From the NCBI GenBank assembly GCA_047967505.1, contig CM106538.1: 64,000 nucleotides of DNA; one strand, 5' to 3'. A program made the translations under genes and the position numbers. Shown here piece by piece: positions 1 to 12,361 of this stretch. The notes beneath the pieces are model-generated. The model saw only the letters and a list, made by a program, of their open reading frames with translations, was not told the origin of the DNA and made no database searches. The DNA comes from Dipteris shenzhenensis (Eukaryota). Position 1 is the first letter of the stretch. Every line of letters begins with the position of its first letter.

Positions 1-227
1 CCCCCACCCCCACCGCCCAACATGTGGCTCATGCCACATGTGCCTCCCCCACCCCCCAACATATGGCTTGAGCTACATGTGCCCCGCCCAAAACATGTGC
101 CATGAGCCACATATGGCTTAAGCCACATGTGCCCCCCATGTAACGTGAGCCACATGTGCCCCCCCCCCCCCCCCCCAACATATGGCTTGAGCCAGATGTC
201 TCCCCCCCCCTGGCATGAGCCACATGT
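1..227. repeat. Array of palindromes ACAT(G/A)TGGC-(T/A/G)TGA-GCCACATGT separated by poly-C runs (array A, copy 1; continues beyond the window start)
   Basis: Repeated acatgtggctcatgccacatgt / acatatggcttgagccacatgt units; colinear with ~16814-17034. Confidence 0.9.
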
Positions 228-229
228 TT

Positions 230-3200
230 TTTATTGCTTGTTGTCCATGACACTAAGGCAAAAACGCTGATTTATGCTTAATCGACAATGCAACGCATAT
301 GCGATCATCAAAATACTTTGCACACATCTCAATCTAGGTATTATTGACTTACATGCAAAGTGGCGTGCCCATCCCATAAGTATTTAGTCGAATAACACAT
401 CTAGGACAGCGTTTTTTGACGGTTGTGCATGACACTAAGGCCAAAACAGTGTTTAATGCTTGTTCGACAATGCAAAGCATACCCGATGGGCACAATAATT
501 TTCACACACCTTCAACTAGATGGAATTGACTTACATGCAAAGTGGCACACCCATCCCATAAGTGCTTGATCGGATAACATACCTAGCAGCGTGTTTTTTT
601 ACGGATGTGCATGACACGAGCAAAATAGTATTTAATGCTCGATCGACCATGCAAAGGATATCCGATGGGCATCACACTTTTTGTACGCCTCAACCTAGGT
701 GGTATTGAAATGTTCTTAATGAGGCACACCCATCCAATAAGTCATTGGTCAGATAACACACCTAAGGGTGTGTTTTTTTGCGGATGTCCATATCACTAGG
801 AAAAAAATGGTGTATAATGCGTGATCGACCATGCAAAGCATATCCGATGGTGACAATACTTTGCACGCACTTCAACGTAGTTGAAACAGACTTGCATGCA
901 AAGTGGAGCCCCCATCCGATAAGTACTTATTTGAATAACACGCCTACGGTCGTGTTTTTATATGGTTGTGCATGACACAAAGGCAAAAACGGTGTTCTAT
1001 GCTTGATCGACAATGCAAAGCATATCCGATGGTCACAGTACTTTGCACACACCTTCAATTAGGTGGAATTGACTTACATGCAAAGTGGCATTCCCATCGT
1101 ATAAGTACTTGATCGGATAACATACCTAACAGCGTGTTTTTTTACGGATGTGCATGACACTAAGGCAAAAATGGTATTTAATGCTCGATCGACCATGCAA
1201 AGCATATCCGATGGGCACAATACTTTTCCTATACCTTAACCTAGGTGGTATTGGAATGTTCTCAAAGAGGCACACCCATCCGATAAGTATTTGGTTAGAT
1301 AACATACCTAAGGGCATGTTTTTTTGCAGATGTGCATATCCCTACGGGAAAAACGTTGTATAATTCATAATTGACCATGCAGAGCATATCCCATGGTGAC
1401 AATACTTTGCATGCATCTCAACCTAGTTGAAACGGACTTGCGTGCAAACTGGAGCCCCCATCCGATAAGTACTTGTTTCATTAACACACTTAGGACCGTG
1501 TTTTTTCATGGTTGTGCATGACACTAAGGCAAAAACGGTGTTTTATGCTTGATCGACAATGCAAAGCATATCCGATGGGCACAATACTTTGCACACACCT
1601 TCAACTAGGTGGAATTGACTTACATGCAAAGTGGCACTCCCATCCCATAAGTGCTTGATTGGATAACATACCTACTAGCGTGTTTTTTTATGGATGTGCA
1701 TGACACTAGAGCAAAAAAAGTATTTATTGCTCGATCGATCGTGCAAAGGATATCCGATGGGCACAACACTTTTCGTACACCTTAACCTATGTGGTATTGG
1801 AATGTTCTCAAAGAGGCACACCCATCCAATAAGTACTTGGTCAGATAACACACCTAAGGGCGTGTTTTTTTGCAGATGTGCATATCACTCGGGAAAAAAT
1901 GGTGTATAATGCATGATTGACCATGCAAAGCATATCCGATGGTGACAGTACTTTGCACGACCCTCAAAGTAGTTGAAACAGACTTGTGTGCAAAGTGGAG
2001 CCCCCATTCGATAAGTACTTGTTTAATTAACACACTTAGGACCGTGTTTTTTCATGGTTGTGCATGACACTAAGGCAAAAACGGTGTTTTATGCTTGATC
2101 GACAATGCAAAGCATATCCGATGGGCACAATAGTTTGCACACACCTTCAACTAGGTGGAATTGACTTACATGCAAAGTGGCACTCCCATCCCATAAGTGC
2201 TTGATCGGATAACATACCTAGCAGCGTGTTTTTTTACGGATGTGCATGACACTATAGCAAAAATAGTATTTATTGCTCGATCGATCATGCAAAGGATATC
2301 CGATGGGCACAACACTTTTCGTACGCCTCAAACTAGGTGGTATTGGAATGTTCTCAAAGAGACACACCCATCCGATAAGTACTTGGTTAGATAACACACC
2401 TAAGGGCATGTTTCTTGCGGATGTGCATATCACTCAGGAAAAAATGGTGTATAATGCGTGATCGACCATGCAAAGCGTATCCGATGGTGACAATACTTTG
2501 CATGCACCTCAAGGTAATTTAAACGGACTTGCGTGCAAGGTGGAGCCCCCATCCGATAAGTACTTGTTTGAATAACACACCTAAGACCATGTTTTTTCAT
2601 GGTTGTGCGTGACACTAAGGCAAAAACGGTGTTTTATGCTTGATCGACAATGCAAAGAATATCCGATCGGCACAATACTTTGCACACACCTTCAAATAGG
2701 TGGAATTGACTTACATGCAAAGTGGCACGCCCATCCCATAAGTGCTTGATCGGATAACATACCTAGCAGCATGTTTTTTTACGGATGTGCATGACACGAG
2801 CAAAAATAGTTTTTAATTGTCGATCGACCATGCAAAGGATATCCGACGATGGGCACAAAACTTTTCATACACCTCAACCTATGTGGTATTGAAATGTTCT
2901 CAATGAGGCACACCCATACGATAAGTACTTGGTCAGATAACACACCTAATGGCGTGTTTTTTTGCGGATGTCCATATCACTAGGAAAAAAATGATGTATA
3001 ATGCGTGATCGACCATGCAAAGCATATTCGATGGTGATAATACTTTGCACGCACCTCAAAGTAGTTAAAACGGACTTGCGTGCAAAATGGGGCCCCCATC
3101 CGATAAGTACTTATTTGAATAACACACCTACGACCGTGTTTTTATATGGTTGTGCATGACACAAAGGCAAAAACGGTGTTTTATGCTTGATCGACAATGC

Positions 3201-6200
3201 AAAGCATATCCGATGGGCACAATACTTTGCACACACCTTCAATTAGGTGGAATTGAGTTACATGCAAAGTGGCATTCCCATCGCATAAGTGCTTGATCGG
3301 ATAACACACCTAGTAGTGTGTTTTTTTACGGATGTGCATGACACTAAGGCAAAAATGGTATTTAATGCTCGATCGACCATGCAAAGCATATCCGCCGATG
3401 GGCACAATACTTTTCCTACACCTTAACCTCGGTGGTATTGAAATGTTCTCAAAGAGGCACACCCATCCGATAAGTACTTGGTCAGATAACATACCTAAGG
3501 GCATGTTTTTTTCTGGATGTGCATATCACTACGGGAAAAATGTTGTATAATGCGTAATCGACCATGCAGAGCATATCCGATGGTGACAATACTTTGCATG
3601 CATCTCAACCTAGTTGAAACGGACTTGCGTGCAAACTGGAGCCCCCATCCGATAAGTACTTGTTTGATTAACACACTTAGGGCCGTGTTTTTTCATGGTT
3701 GTGCATGACACTAAGGCAAAAACGGTGTTTTATGCTTGATCGACAATGCAAAGCATATCCGATGGGCACAATACTTTGCACACACCTTCAAATAGGTGGA
3801 ATTGACTTACATGCAAAGTGGCACTCCCATCCCATAAGTGCTTGATCGGATAGCATACCTAGCAGCGTGTTTTTTTACGAATGTGCATGACACTAGAGCA
3901 AAAATAGTACTTAATGCTCGATCGACCATGCAAAGGATATCCGATGGGCACAACACTTTTCGTAGTTGAAACAGACTTTTGTGCAAAGTGAAGCCCCCAT
4001 CCGATAAGCACTTGTTTGATTAACACACCTAGGACCATGTTTTTTCATGGTTGTGCATGACACTAAGGAAAAAACGTTGTTTTATGTTTGATCGACAATG
4101 CAAAGCATATCCGATGGGCACAATACTTTGCACACACCTTCAACTAGGTGGACTTGACTTACATGCAAAGTGGCACACCCATCACATAAGTGCTTGATCG
4201 GATAACATACCTAGCAGCGTGTTTTTTTACGGATGTGCATGACACGAGCAAAAATAGTATTTAATGCTCGATCGACCATGCAAAGGAAATCCGATGGGCA
4301 CAACACTTTTCGTACGCCTCAACCTAGGTGGTATTGAAATGTTCTCAAAGAGGCACACCTATCCGATAAGTACTTGGTCAGATAACACACTTTAGGGCGT
4401 GTTTTTTTGCAGATGTGCATATCACTAGAGAAAAAATGGTGTATAAGGCGTGATCGACCATGCAAAGCATATCCGATGGTGACAATACTTTGCACCCACC
4501 TCAATGTAGTTGAAACGGACTTGTGTGCAAAATGGAGCCCCCATCCGATAAGTACTTGTTTGAATAACACACCTAAGACCGTGTTTTTTCATGGTTGTGC
4601 ATGACACTAAGGCAAAAACGGTGTTTTATGCTTGATCGACAATGCAAAGCATATCCGATGGGCACAATACTTTGCACACACCTTCAACTAGGTGGAATTG
4701 ACTTACATGCAAAGTGGCACGCCCATGCCATAAGTGCTTGATCGGATAGCATACCTAGCAACGTGTTTTTTTACGGATGTGCATGACACTAGAGCAAAAA
4801 TAGTATTTAATGCTCGATCGACCATGCAAAGGATATCCGATGGGCACAACACTTTTCGTAGTTGAAACAGACTTGCGTGCAAAGTGGAGCCCCCATCTGA
4901 TAAGTACTTGTTTGATTAACACACCTAGGACCGTGTTTTTTCATGGTTGTGCATGACACTAAGGAAAAAACGTTGTATTATGCTTGATCGACAATGCAAA
5001 GCATATCCGATGGGCACAATACTTTGCACACACCTTCAACTAGGTGGAATTGACTTACATGCAAAGTGGCACTCCCATCCCATAAGTGCTTGATCGGATA
5101 ACATACCTAGCAGCTTGTTTTTTTACGGATGTGCATGACACTAGAGCAAAAATAGTATTTATTGCTCGATCGATCATGAAAAGGATATCCGATGGGCACA
5201 ACACTTTTCTTATGCCTCAACCTAGGTGGTATTGGAATGTTCTCAAAGAGGCACACCCATCCGATAAGTACTTGGTCAGATAACATTTCTAAGGGCATGT
5301 TTTTTTACGGATGTGCATATCACTCGGGAAAAAATGGTGTATAATGCATGATCGACCATGCAAAGCATATTCGATGGTGACAATACTTTGCATGCACCTC
5401 AACGTAGTTGAAACGGACTTGCGTGCAAAGTGAAGCCCCCATCTGATAAGTACTTGTTTGAATAACACACCTAGGGCTGTGTTTTTATATGGTTGTGCAT
5501 GACACTAAGGCAAAAACGGTGTTTTATGCTTGATCCACAATGCAAAGCATATCCGATGGGCACAATACTTTGCACACACCTTCAACCAGGTGGAATTGAC
5601 TTACATGCAAAGTGGCATTCCCATCGCATAAGTACTTGACCAGATAACACACCTAGTAGCGTGTTTTTTTTACGGATGTGCATGACACGAGCAAAAATAG
5701 TATTTAATGCTCGATCAACCATGCAAAGCATATCTGATGGGATCAATACTTTTCACACGCCTTAACCTAGGTGGTATTGAAATTTTGTCAAAGAGGCACA
5801 CCCATCCGATAAGTACAAGTGGTCAGATAACATACCTAAGGGCGTGTTTTTGTGTAGATGTGCATATCACTACGGGAAGAACGTTGTATAATGCATAATC
5901 GACCATGCAAAGCATATCCGATGGTGACAATACTTTGCACATATCTCAACCTAGTTGAAACGGACTTGCGTGAAAGGTGGAGCCCCCTCGGAGCCCCCAT
6001 CCAATAAGTACTTGTTTGATTAACACACTTAGGGCCGTGTTTTTTCATGGTTGTGCATGACACTAAGGCAAAAACGGTGTTTTATGCTTGATCGACAATA
6101 GAAAAGCATATCTGATGGGCACAATACTTTGCACACACCTTCAACTAGGTGGAATTGACTTACATGCAAAGTGGCACACCCATCCCATAAGTGCTTGATT

Positions 6201-6335
6201 GGATAACATACCTAGTAGGCTCGTGTTTTTTTACGGATGTGCATGACACTAGAGCAAAATTAGTATTTAATGCTCGATCGACCATGCAAAGGATAACTTG
6301 GCATGTCCATCCGATGAGTACTTGATCGGATAACT
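230..6335. repeat. ~182-bp tandem satellite (~33 monomers) with a 3-mer (~546-bp) higher-order repeat
   Basis: The cat(g/a)(a/t)cac motif recurs at ~182-bp spacing (e.g. 428, 610, 789, 971, 1153). Three monomer types cycle A-B-C. Each monomer has internal dyad symmetry (gatggg..actttgca..ctagg..tgcaaagt..cccatc). Confidence 0.97.
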
Positions 6336-6459
6336 TCTCCCACCATTAAATTAAGTACTAATTAAAAATTATAATAAATGAGTAGATTATTAAAAAGAGA
6401 CTAATATTTATGTAATTGTTGCTACTGCAGCTTGCTTGTGAAGGACTCTCACAAAGGAG

Positions 6460-9400
6460 ATGGCTATAGATTTTGTTCCAGGGATGAATGTGATTTTATG
6501 TAGCAAAAGAGAAGTAGTTGCATTTGCTACAATCCATAATAGTGATCCCAATTCAGTTTGCCACTTTCCAAGACTTGGCGAAGATAAGGTGGCAGTTACT
6601 GTATCAAAGATTCTTAGCGCACATGTTGAGCTAAAGTAAAAATGTGGAGATATGGAAACACTTGGAGATGTTATGCCCTACAATACATCCAACAAATCAG
6701 TTATGGCATGGGACAAAGATGAGACTTATGCAACAAACATTATCAAGAATACAAAGTGCACCACCTTGGATTTTACTATAGGGGACATTTTACAAATGAG
6801 ATCATTTGCAAATAAGACTGTAGCAGAAGTTGAAGTATTGGGATTTGAACAAGTGGAGCAATGGTCATTTGCACAGATGAGGATTCTAAAAGTCATTGAT
6901 GATGGTATGGTTGATAACATAACATCCTTATGTGATCCCTACTATGAGGTAGGCAAGAATATGAGATGGAGCATGCAATTTTAAAACATGAGAAAGAGGC
7001 ACGTGGTTTTCAATGATAAAGACAAGGTATACTACAATATCAAAGGACCTAAAAAGCGTGCCCATGTGCCAGGCTCTATCACTTCAAATGTGGATGATTT
7101 CAATATACTCAATTATAGAAGTGACATCTTATCTGGAGTGGATGAGTTCATTGGTTCCGAGAAACAAAATGATTTTAGAAGCGAAGCCTTATCTGGGGTG
7201 GATGGATTCTTGCACAATGAGAAGGGCAAAGGTTTCAATAGCGATGTCTTGTCAAGTGTGAATGAGTTCATGCATATTAACAAACCTGGTGTCAATCAAG
7301 CTTGTGGATTTGTGAAAGCCATGCAAGATGTCCCAATGAGTGATGTTCTCTCAGGAGTGGAAGAGTTTCAAGGTTCTCAATACTCTCGTAGAATATTGAA
7401 TTCATTGAATGGTCCTAAGAGTATGTTAAAAACGAGGATGAGATCAACAGAGGATTATTCAATATTTAACTTTGATTGCGATATGGACAAGGATTGAATG
7501 ACCAATCATGGATGCTTGGTTACAAACAAATGTGAGGAGAAGAAGTGCATAAATACAGATAACAACGTGCACGAGGAACGAAAACGGTCATACATAAGCA
7601 TGAAGAGAAAGCGAATCCAGGCAGATCCACAAAAGCAACCAAAGAGGAAGAGAGTAATGAAGGAGGAGAACATGTTAAATGCCTTGGGATATCTATGTTG
7701 CAAGCGAAGATGTATGCGCTTCATTGATCTTGCAGACATCAGGGAATGTAGAGGACACGTGTGGCAAAGAAGAGGAAGCGAAAGAAATGAATACCTTCTC
7801 ACAAGTCTCTCTTGCTTTCTTCAGAATGGCAATAAAAGACTAAGTTCAAGACAAAAGGTAAAACCTCTCGTAAATGTAAAAAGGATTTGCAATAAGGCAT
7901 ATCGCAATATTGATGGATTATCCCATGGTACATATTGGGATTTAGTCACCAAGGCAAAGGGCGGCAACAAATTTAGCATTCACGGTAATAGAGGAAGGTC
8001 CAAATCAAGAATCTCAACTGTCAGGGCAGCAGCAATTTTGCAAGACTTCATACATGAAAATGCTTTACCTCAACCCCATATATCCACCAAACTTCCTAAC
8101 GGTGACGCGATCACTGAAATGCACCTTCCAATGGGCTTGACAAAGCTCGAAGTATTTGACTCTATTGCAGAAAAGCAAAGGCAAAGAGGGGATGCCGTAG
8201 CTTCTTCTCATACTTTGTATACTCTTTGGAAGAAGAACTTTGGATATGTTAAAATCCCAAGGAGGCAAAAAATGTCAAAGTGCAATGTCTGTGATGATTT
8301 AAAGCGAGCGATTGAGAGTGCAACATGTCCAAATCAAAGGAAATTATACTAAAAAAACCGAAAATCTCATCATGACCTTATTTGACATTCCAGACAAAAA
8401 TATGCATTTTGGAAGGAGCAAGCTATTTCGCATCCCGATGACTACATGTGCCTTATTGTAGATGGCATGGATCAGAATACAACAACATTGCCTTGTTTTG
8501 TTGCCACTTCACCTAAATTACAAGGAAAGCACTTTCTAAAGACACATCTATGTGGAGTGTTAGTGCATGGAATTAAGTTCTTTACAGATATATGGATTGA
8601 TTCCTTGCATCTACATGATAGCAATCAAGTTGTAACATCTATTATGAAGGCAATTCACAATATACATGCAGAAAAAGGTCGCCTACCACCGACTTTGAGA
8701 ATACAAGCTGATAATTGCTGGCGAGAAAATAAGAATGTACTCATGTTTGCATTCTGCTCCATGCTAGTTTCTCATCGAATCTTCAATGAGGTCGAATGTG
8801 GATTTTTGTATGTTGGGCATATACATGAGGATATCGATCAGGTTTTTAGCACAGTCTCAAGGGAGCTTAAATGCAAGGATGTGGAGACAATAGATGACTT
8901 GGTAAGAAGATGTGGCAGGCAAGTTGATGGTCATAAGGAAAGTACAGTATGTGAGAGGCTCGAAAGAATGTACGATTGGAAGAGCTTCATTCTACCTTTC
9001 ATACAAACGGGTGGTGATGCATTGACAGGTCATACCAATCCACACTACTTTCATTTTTTTTTAAAAGATGAAAAACCTGTAATGCAATGGCAACAGTATT
9101 CTCATGATATAAAATGGGAACCTGAAGAACCTTACAGTCTCTTAACTTCAATTCCCAGCAAGGAAAGGTATCCAACATGGGCTCCTATATAAGAATTCAA
9201 TGAGAGGTCTAACTGTGAAATAGAAGGACTAAAAGCATTTATTACATACAAAGAGGAAATGCTCCAGAGATATCCTGATTCGAAGCCTACTTGGAGAGAA
9301 CACACTACCACTGTAATTAACAAGACATGAAATTTAATAAAGGACCTTGAGAGAATGCGAGGCTCAAAGGATGTCAAGGAAGAATGCAATATGTTTTGGC

Positions 9401-9931
9401 CAAATGTTCATAACGATTTGCGCCCAGCTCCAGTCTTTGAAAATGAATTTGTATCATTACTCCCACGTCCATATTGTGGACCGAAGAAGAGAGAGTTTAT
9501 GCCACAAGTAGATATAGAGGTCGATTGTTTTGTTGTGGTTCGGCCATCGGATGATGAGTATGAGAATGTGAAGTTTTGGGTTGCAAAAGTAGTTGATGTG
9601 CAAAGAGATGACCAAGGGAGAGCTACAACATTTACAGCGGTATGGTATGAGCCAAAGGGCAGGAAGGAGAATATGGATAACAACACATTGTATACTAATT
9701 GTATAACGAAGGAGTGGGTCCCAAATGATGAAGCGATCTCTCAAGTTTCGACAGAGACAATCATAGTGTCTTGGCATTCAAGGGCAAAGAAATCAAAGAA
9801 GCGCATGGGATATGAGGTAGAAGGAAAAATAAAAATACCACAGCAAACTATTTTTGCATATACACGAATATTTAAGGATGCTCGCCATGGAGGAAGTAGA
9901 AGGAGACAGCGCAAATGAAGAATGTCCATGA
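6460..9931 (+). pseudogene. Sola-like DDE transposase pseudogene (~1,150 codons) with an N-terminal Tnp1/En/Spm-like domain, Cys-rich motifs and a C-terminal beta-rich domain
   Basis: ORFs starting at 6652, 6988, 7498, 8446 and 9355 are all in one frame, broken by about 7 point stops and a probable frameshift near 9850. Motifs: VVAFATIHNSDP..HF..LG..ETLGD..W, CCKRRC, KMSKCNVC, IVDGMDQ, QADNCWRENKN, VGHIHEDIDQ, FWVAKV..WYEP. Acceptor-like ctactgcag ends at 6430. Confidence 0.85.
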
Positions 9932-10049
9932 TTAAATCTTTGTATTGAAGTCCATTGAAGGATTTTATTTGGGTACTAGGCAAGAAGCCAATCCAAGATA
10001 ATTATAATCAGAGTCATCACCTCCTATGTCAAATGAGAGTTAAAATATG

Positions 10050-10390
10050 CACTGGATGTCACCCAAGGGTCAAGGCTTGCCAAGACAATAGGGAGTTAAT
10101 GCAGATGGCACCTGGCAAGGGACTATCACATTGAGTAATAAGACAATGGGGAGTCAATGCACCCAAGGGGCAAGGCTTGGCAAGACAACTTGTGGGAGTT
10201 AATGCAGATGGCACCTGTATTTTACACTGGATGTCACCCAAGGGTCAAGGCTTGGCAAGACAATAGGGAGTTAATGCAGATGGCACCTGGCAAGGGACTA
10301 TCGCATTGAGCAATAAGACAATGGGGAGTCAATGCACCCAAGGGGCAAGGCTTGGCAAGACAAGTGGGAGTCAAATTATGCAGATGGCAT
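10050..10390. repeat. Two ~175-bp direct repeats with internal sub-repeats, downstream of transposase 1
   Basis: cactggatgtcacccaagggtcaaggcttg...gggagttaatgcagatggcacctg at 10050 and again at 10225. Confidence 0.9.
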
Positions 10391-11114
10391 GAATTGAGGC
10401 TCTTTAAGAGCAACAATTTAAATTGTAAACATATGTTCAATCTATATCATTTTGGATATAAAGACTCTAGCTGAGAGCAATGTCTCTCAATGTAATCATA
10501 TAATAATAGCTATAATTGCTATAATACCTCTTTGGTTCAATACAAAACTTGGGTCTTATGGCATCATGTCTTTTTTCTATTTATTAAAAGTTTTAAAAAT
10601 TTTGTGCATATTGCGAGTGACAATGTTATTTTCATGAAATATATTTAAGTCTCGTTTCATGGATTTATAAATTTATCACGTCCAGGAAAAACGTCAAGGA
10701 AAAATATTAAAAATAATTAAATTAACAAATAACTTAGATATAGCTAGAATTTCTAATATAGGATTATTTCAAATTCTTGCATGTTGGTGCAAACGTATAG
10801 ATTGAAAAAACAATATTTTTATGTGAATATGATAGTGCCACACAGTGAACTTTTGATTTGGGAATAATATTTTCAAAAAGTAAAATTTTGATTTGGGAAG
10901 GATATTTTCACAAAGTAAACTTTTCATTTGGGAAGGATTTTTGGGCTTCGTCCAAAAACAACAAAAAAAGTCCAAAATTAATGAAATAGGTGTTGTTTAT
11001 TGTTAAAAGCTTTGGGATTAATTCGTTTTAACATTCCACCGTAATGATTGAGGTCCCAAGGATGAATATCCGAATGGCTCACATGGAATAATACCCCATT
11101 GCCCTTCAGAGTTA

Positions 11115-12340
11115 TCAACTTGATGCTATGGACAGAAGGACATTTACGAGAGCCACAGGCTCAGAGAAGAAAGCCGAATGATCACTGTTCTTGATATCAA
11201 ACACGCCATGTGGGGGATTTTGCTCGACTATGCTGTCTTGGATGCTTCTAGGGAAAGCACGGTCCGATGTTGATGTCCTGATATAATAGCGTTTGATGCT
11301 TCCATAGTTTGTAGCTGTCAGGTTCACGATGGCTTGGAATATTGATACTGGGGTTGGGTTCAATACAGTTTCTGCAAGCTTTACATCCTGCACCCATGAA
11401 CGGATTGGTTAACTAAGCCCGATAAGCTCTGATGCATAGCTTTTGCAGGACAATCAAGGAGAATTTCTAGTTGCTTGTGAGCGTTTTTCCATACCTCAAG
11501 TGGGCTCTTGTTGTACAAATAATCCTTCGCCATGGTAACGTTAACGTACGCAGACGTAGGGGTCGCGGAAGATGCGTCGGCAAAATTTTCAACTATAGCA
11601 CCGATCTGCACTAGCCCAAGCAGAAACTGCCGGCAAAAGCCGCGTATGACGATGAGAATTTGTTGTTTACCGATTTTTCTCTGGGGCATTTAGAAAAGAG
11701 AATTGGTATACCTTCTGAAGCGCCGGAATTACAAACGGTTGACCGTTTGACGGCATAACGGCAGCAAGGAAAATGGCCTTATAAACCTTTTCCGGAAACA
11801 GCTCCATGGCATACGAGATGCTTCCTCCTCCCATGCTGTGGCCGACGAGAATAACCTACGCAGAGCAAGAGCAAACAAAAAGATCTGAAGAGGACGCGGG
11901 GAGAAGCGACTGAAACTCTGTCGAGTAAAGGGATGAGGGCACACTTTCTCCATACTAGTGACATTGTTGGCCAAGAAATCGGTTAATGGCTTTGCATATT
12001 CAGCGACGGAGGTGACGGAGTCAGCGACGACTTTGCTAATACCGTTGGAGGTGAGGTCTATAGCGGTAACGGAGGCACCAGCGGTGTCAAGGAGAGCGAT
12101 GACTCGATACCAGCACCAGGCTCCATGACCGAATCCATGGATAAGCACGAAATGGTGGTGGTGGTGATGATGATGATGAGCGGGTGGAGCCGCAACAATC
12201 TGCAGCTGCAAGGAAATGTATTTGATAGAGTAGGAATGCAATCAAGTGGAGCAAGCAAGGCAGAGGGTGAGAGCACTTACTGGATGCAAGGATAAAGCCA
12301 GGAGAAGCAAGAAGACGGTAGTGGTGAGGTAGGAAGCCAT
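11115..12340 (-). CDS. Methylesterase, alpha/beta-hydrolase of the MES/SABP2/hydroxynitrile-lyase family; 5 exons (12340-12281, 12205-11945, 11855-11712, 11605-11495, 11387-11115)
   Basis: HFVLIHGFGHGAWCWY, nucleophile elbow LVGHSMGG, catalytic Asp region STSDRAF and His region SDHSAFFS. All introns are GT-AG, phase 0, and the frame is open throughout. N-terminal hydrophobic leader MASYLTTTVFLLLLALSLHP and a poly-His run. Confidence 0.92.
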
Positions 12341-12361
12341 GTTCTATACAAGACGAAGTAA

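Larger units (their letters stand above)
1..10993 (+). mobile_element. Large DNA transposon, copy 1 (left end outside the window); same family as 19001-35392
   Basis: Contains a homologous transposase and the palindrome array. Ends in AAGTCCAAAATTAATGAAATAGGTGT (10968-10993), which resembles the TIR of the complete element (AAGTCCAAAAATTTTGAATAGTGTGT). The TSD cannot be checked. Confidence 0.65.

Noticed and set aside
230-6335. Regularly spaced palindromic repeats resembling a CRISPR array
   Set aside because: Whole monomers are repeated with no unique spacers, there are no cas genes, and the context is eukaryotic. The short ORFs listed here are repeat artefacts.
12152-12180. Poly-His as a cloning tag or vector contamination
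   Set aside because: It lies inside an intron-containing genomic gene, uses mixed CAT/CAC codons, and has no vector sequence nearby.
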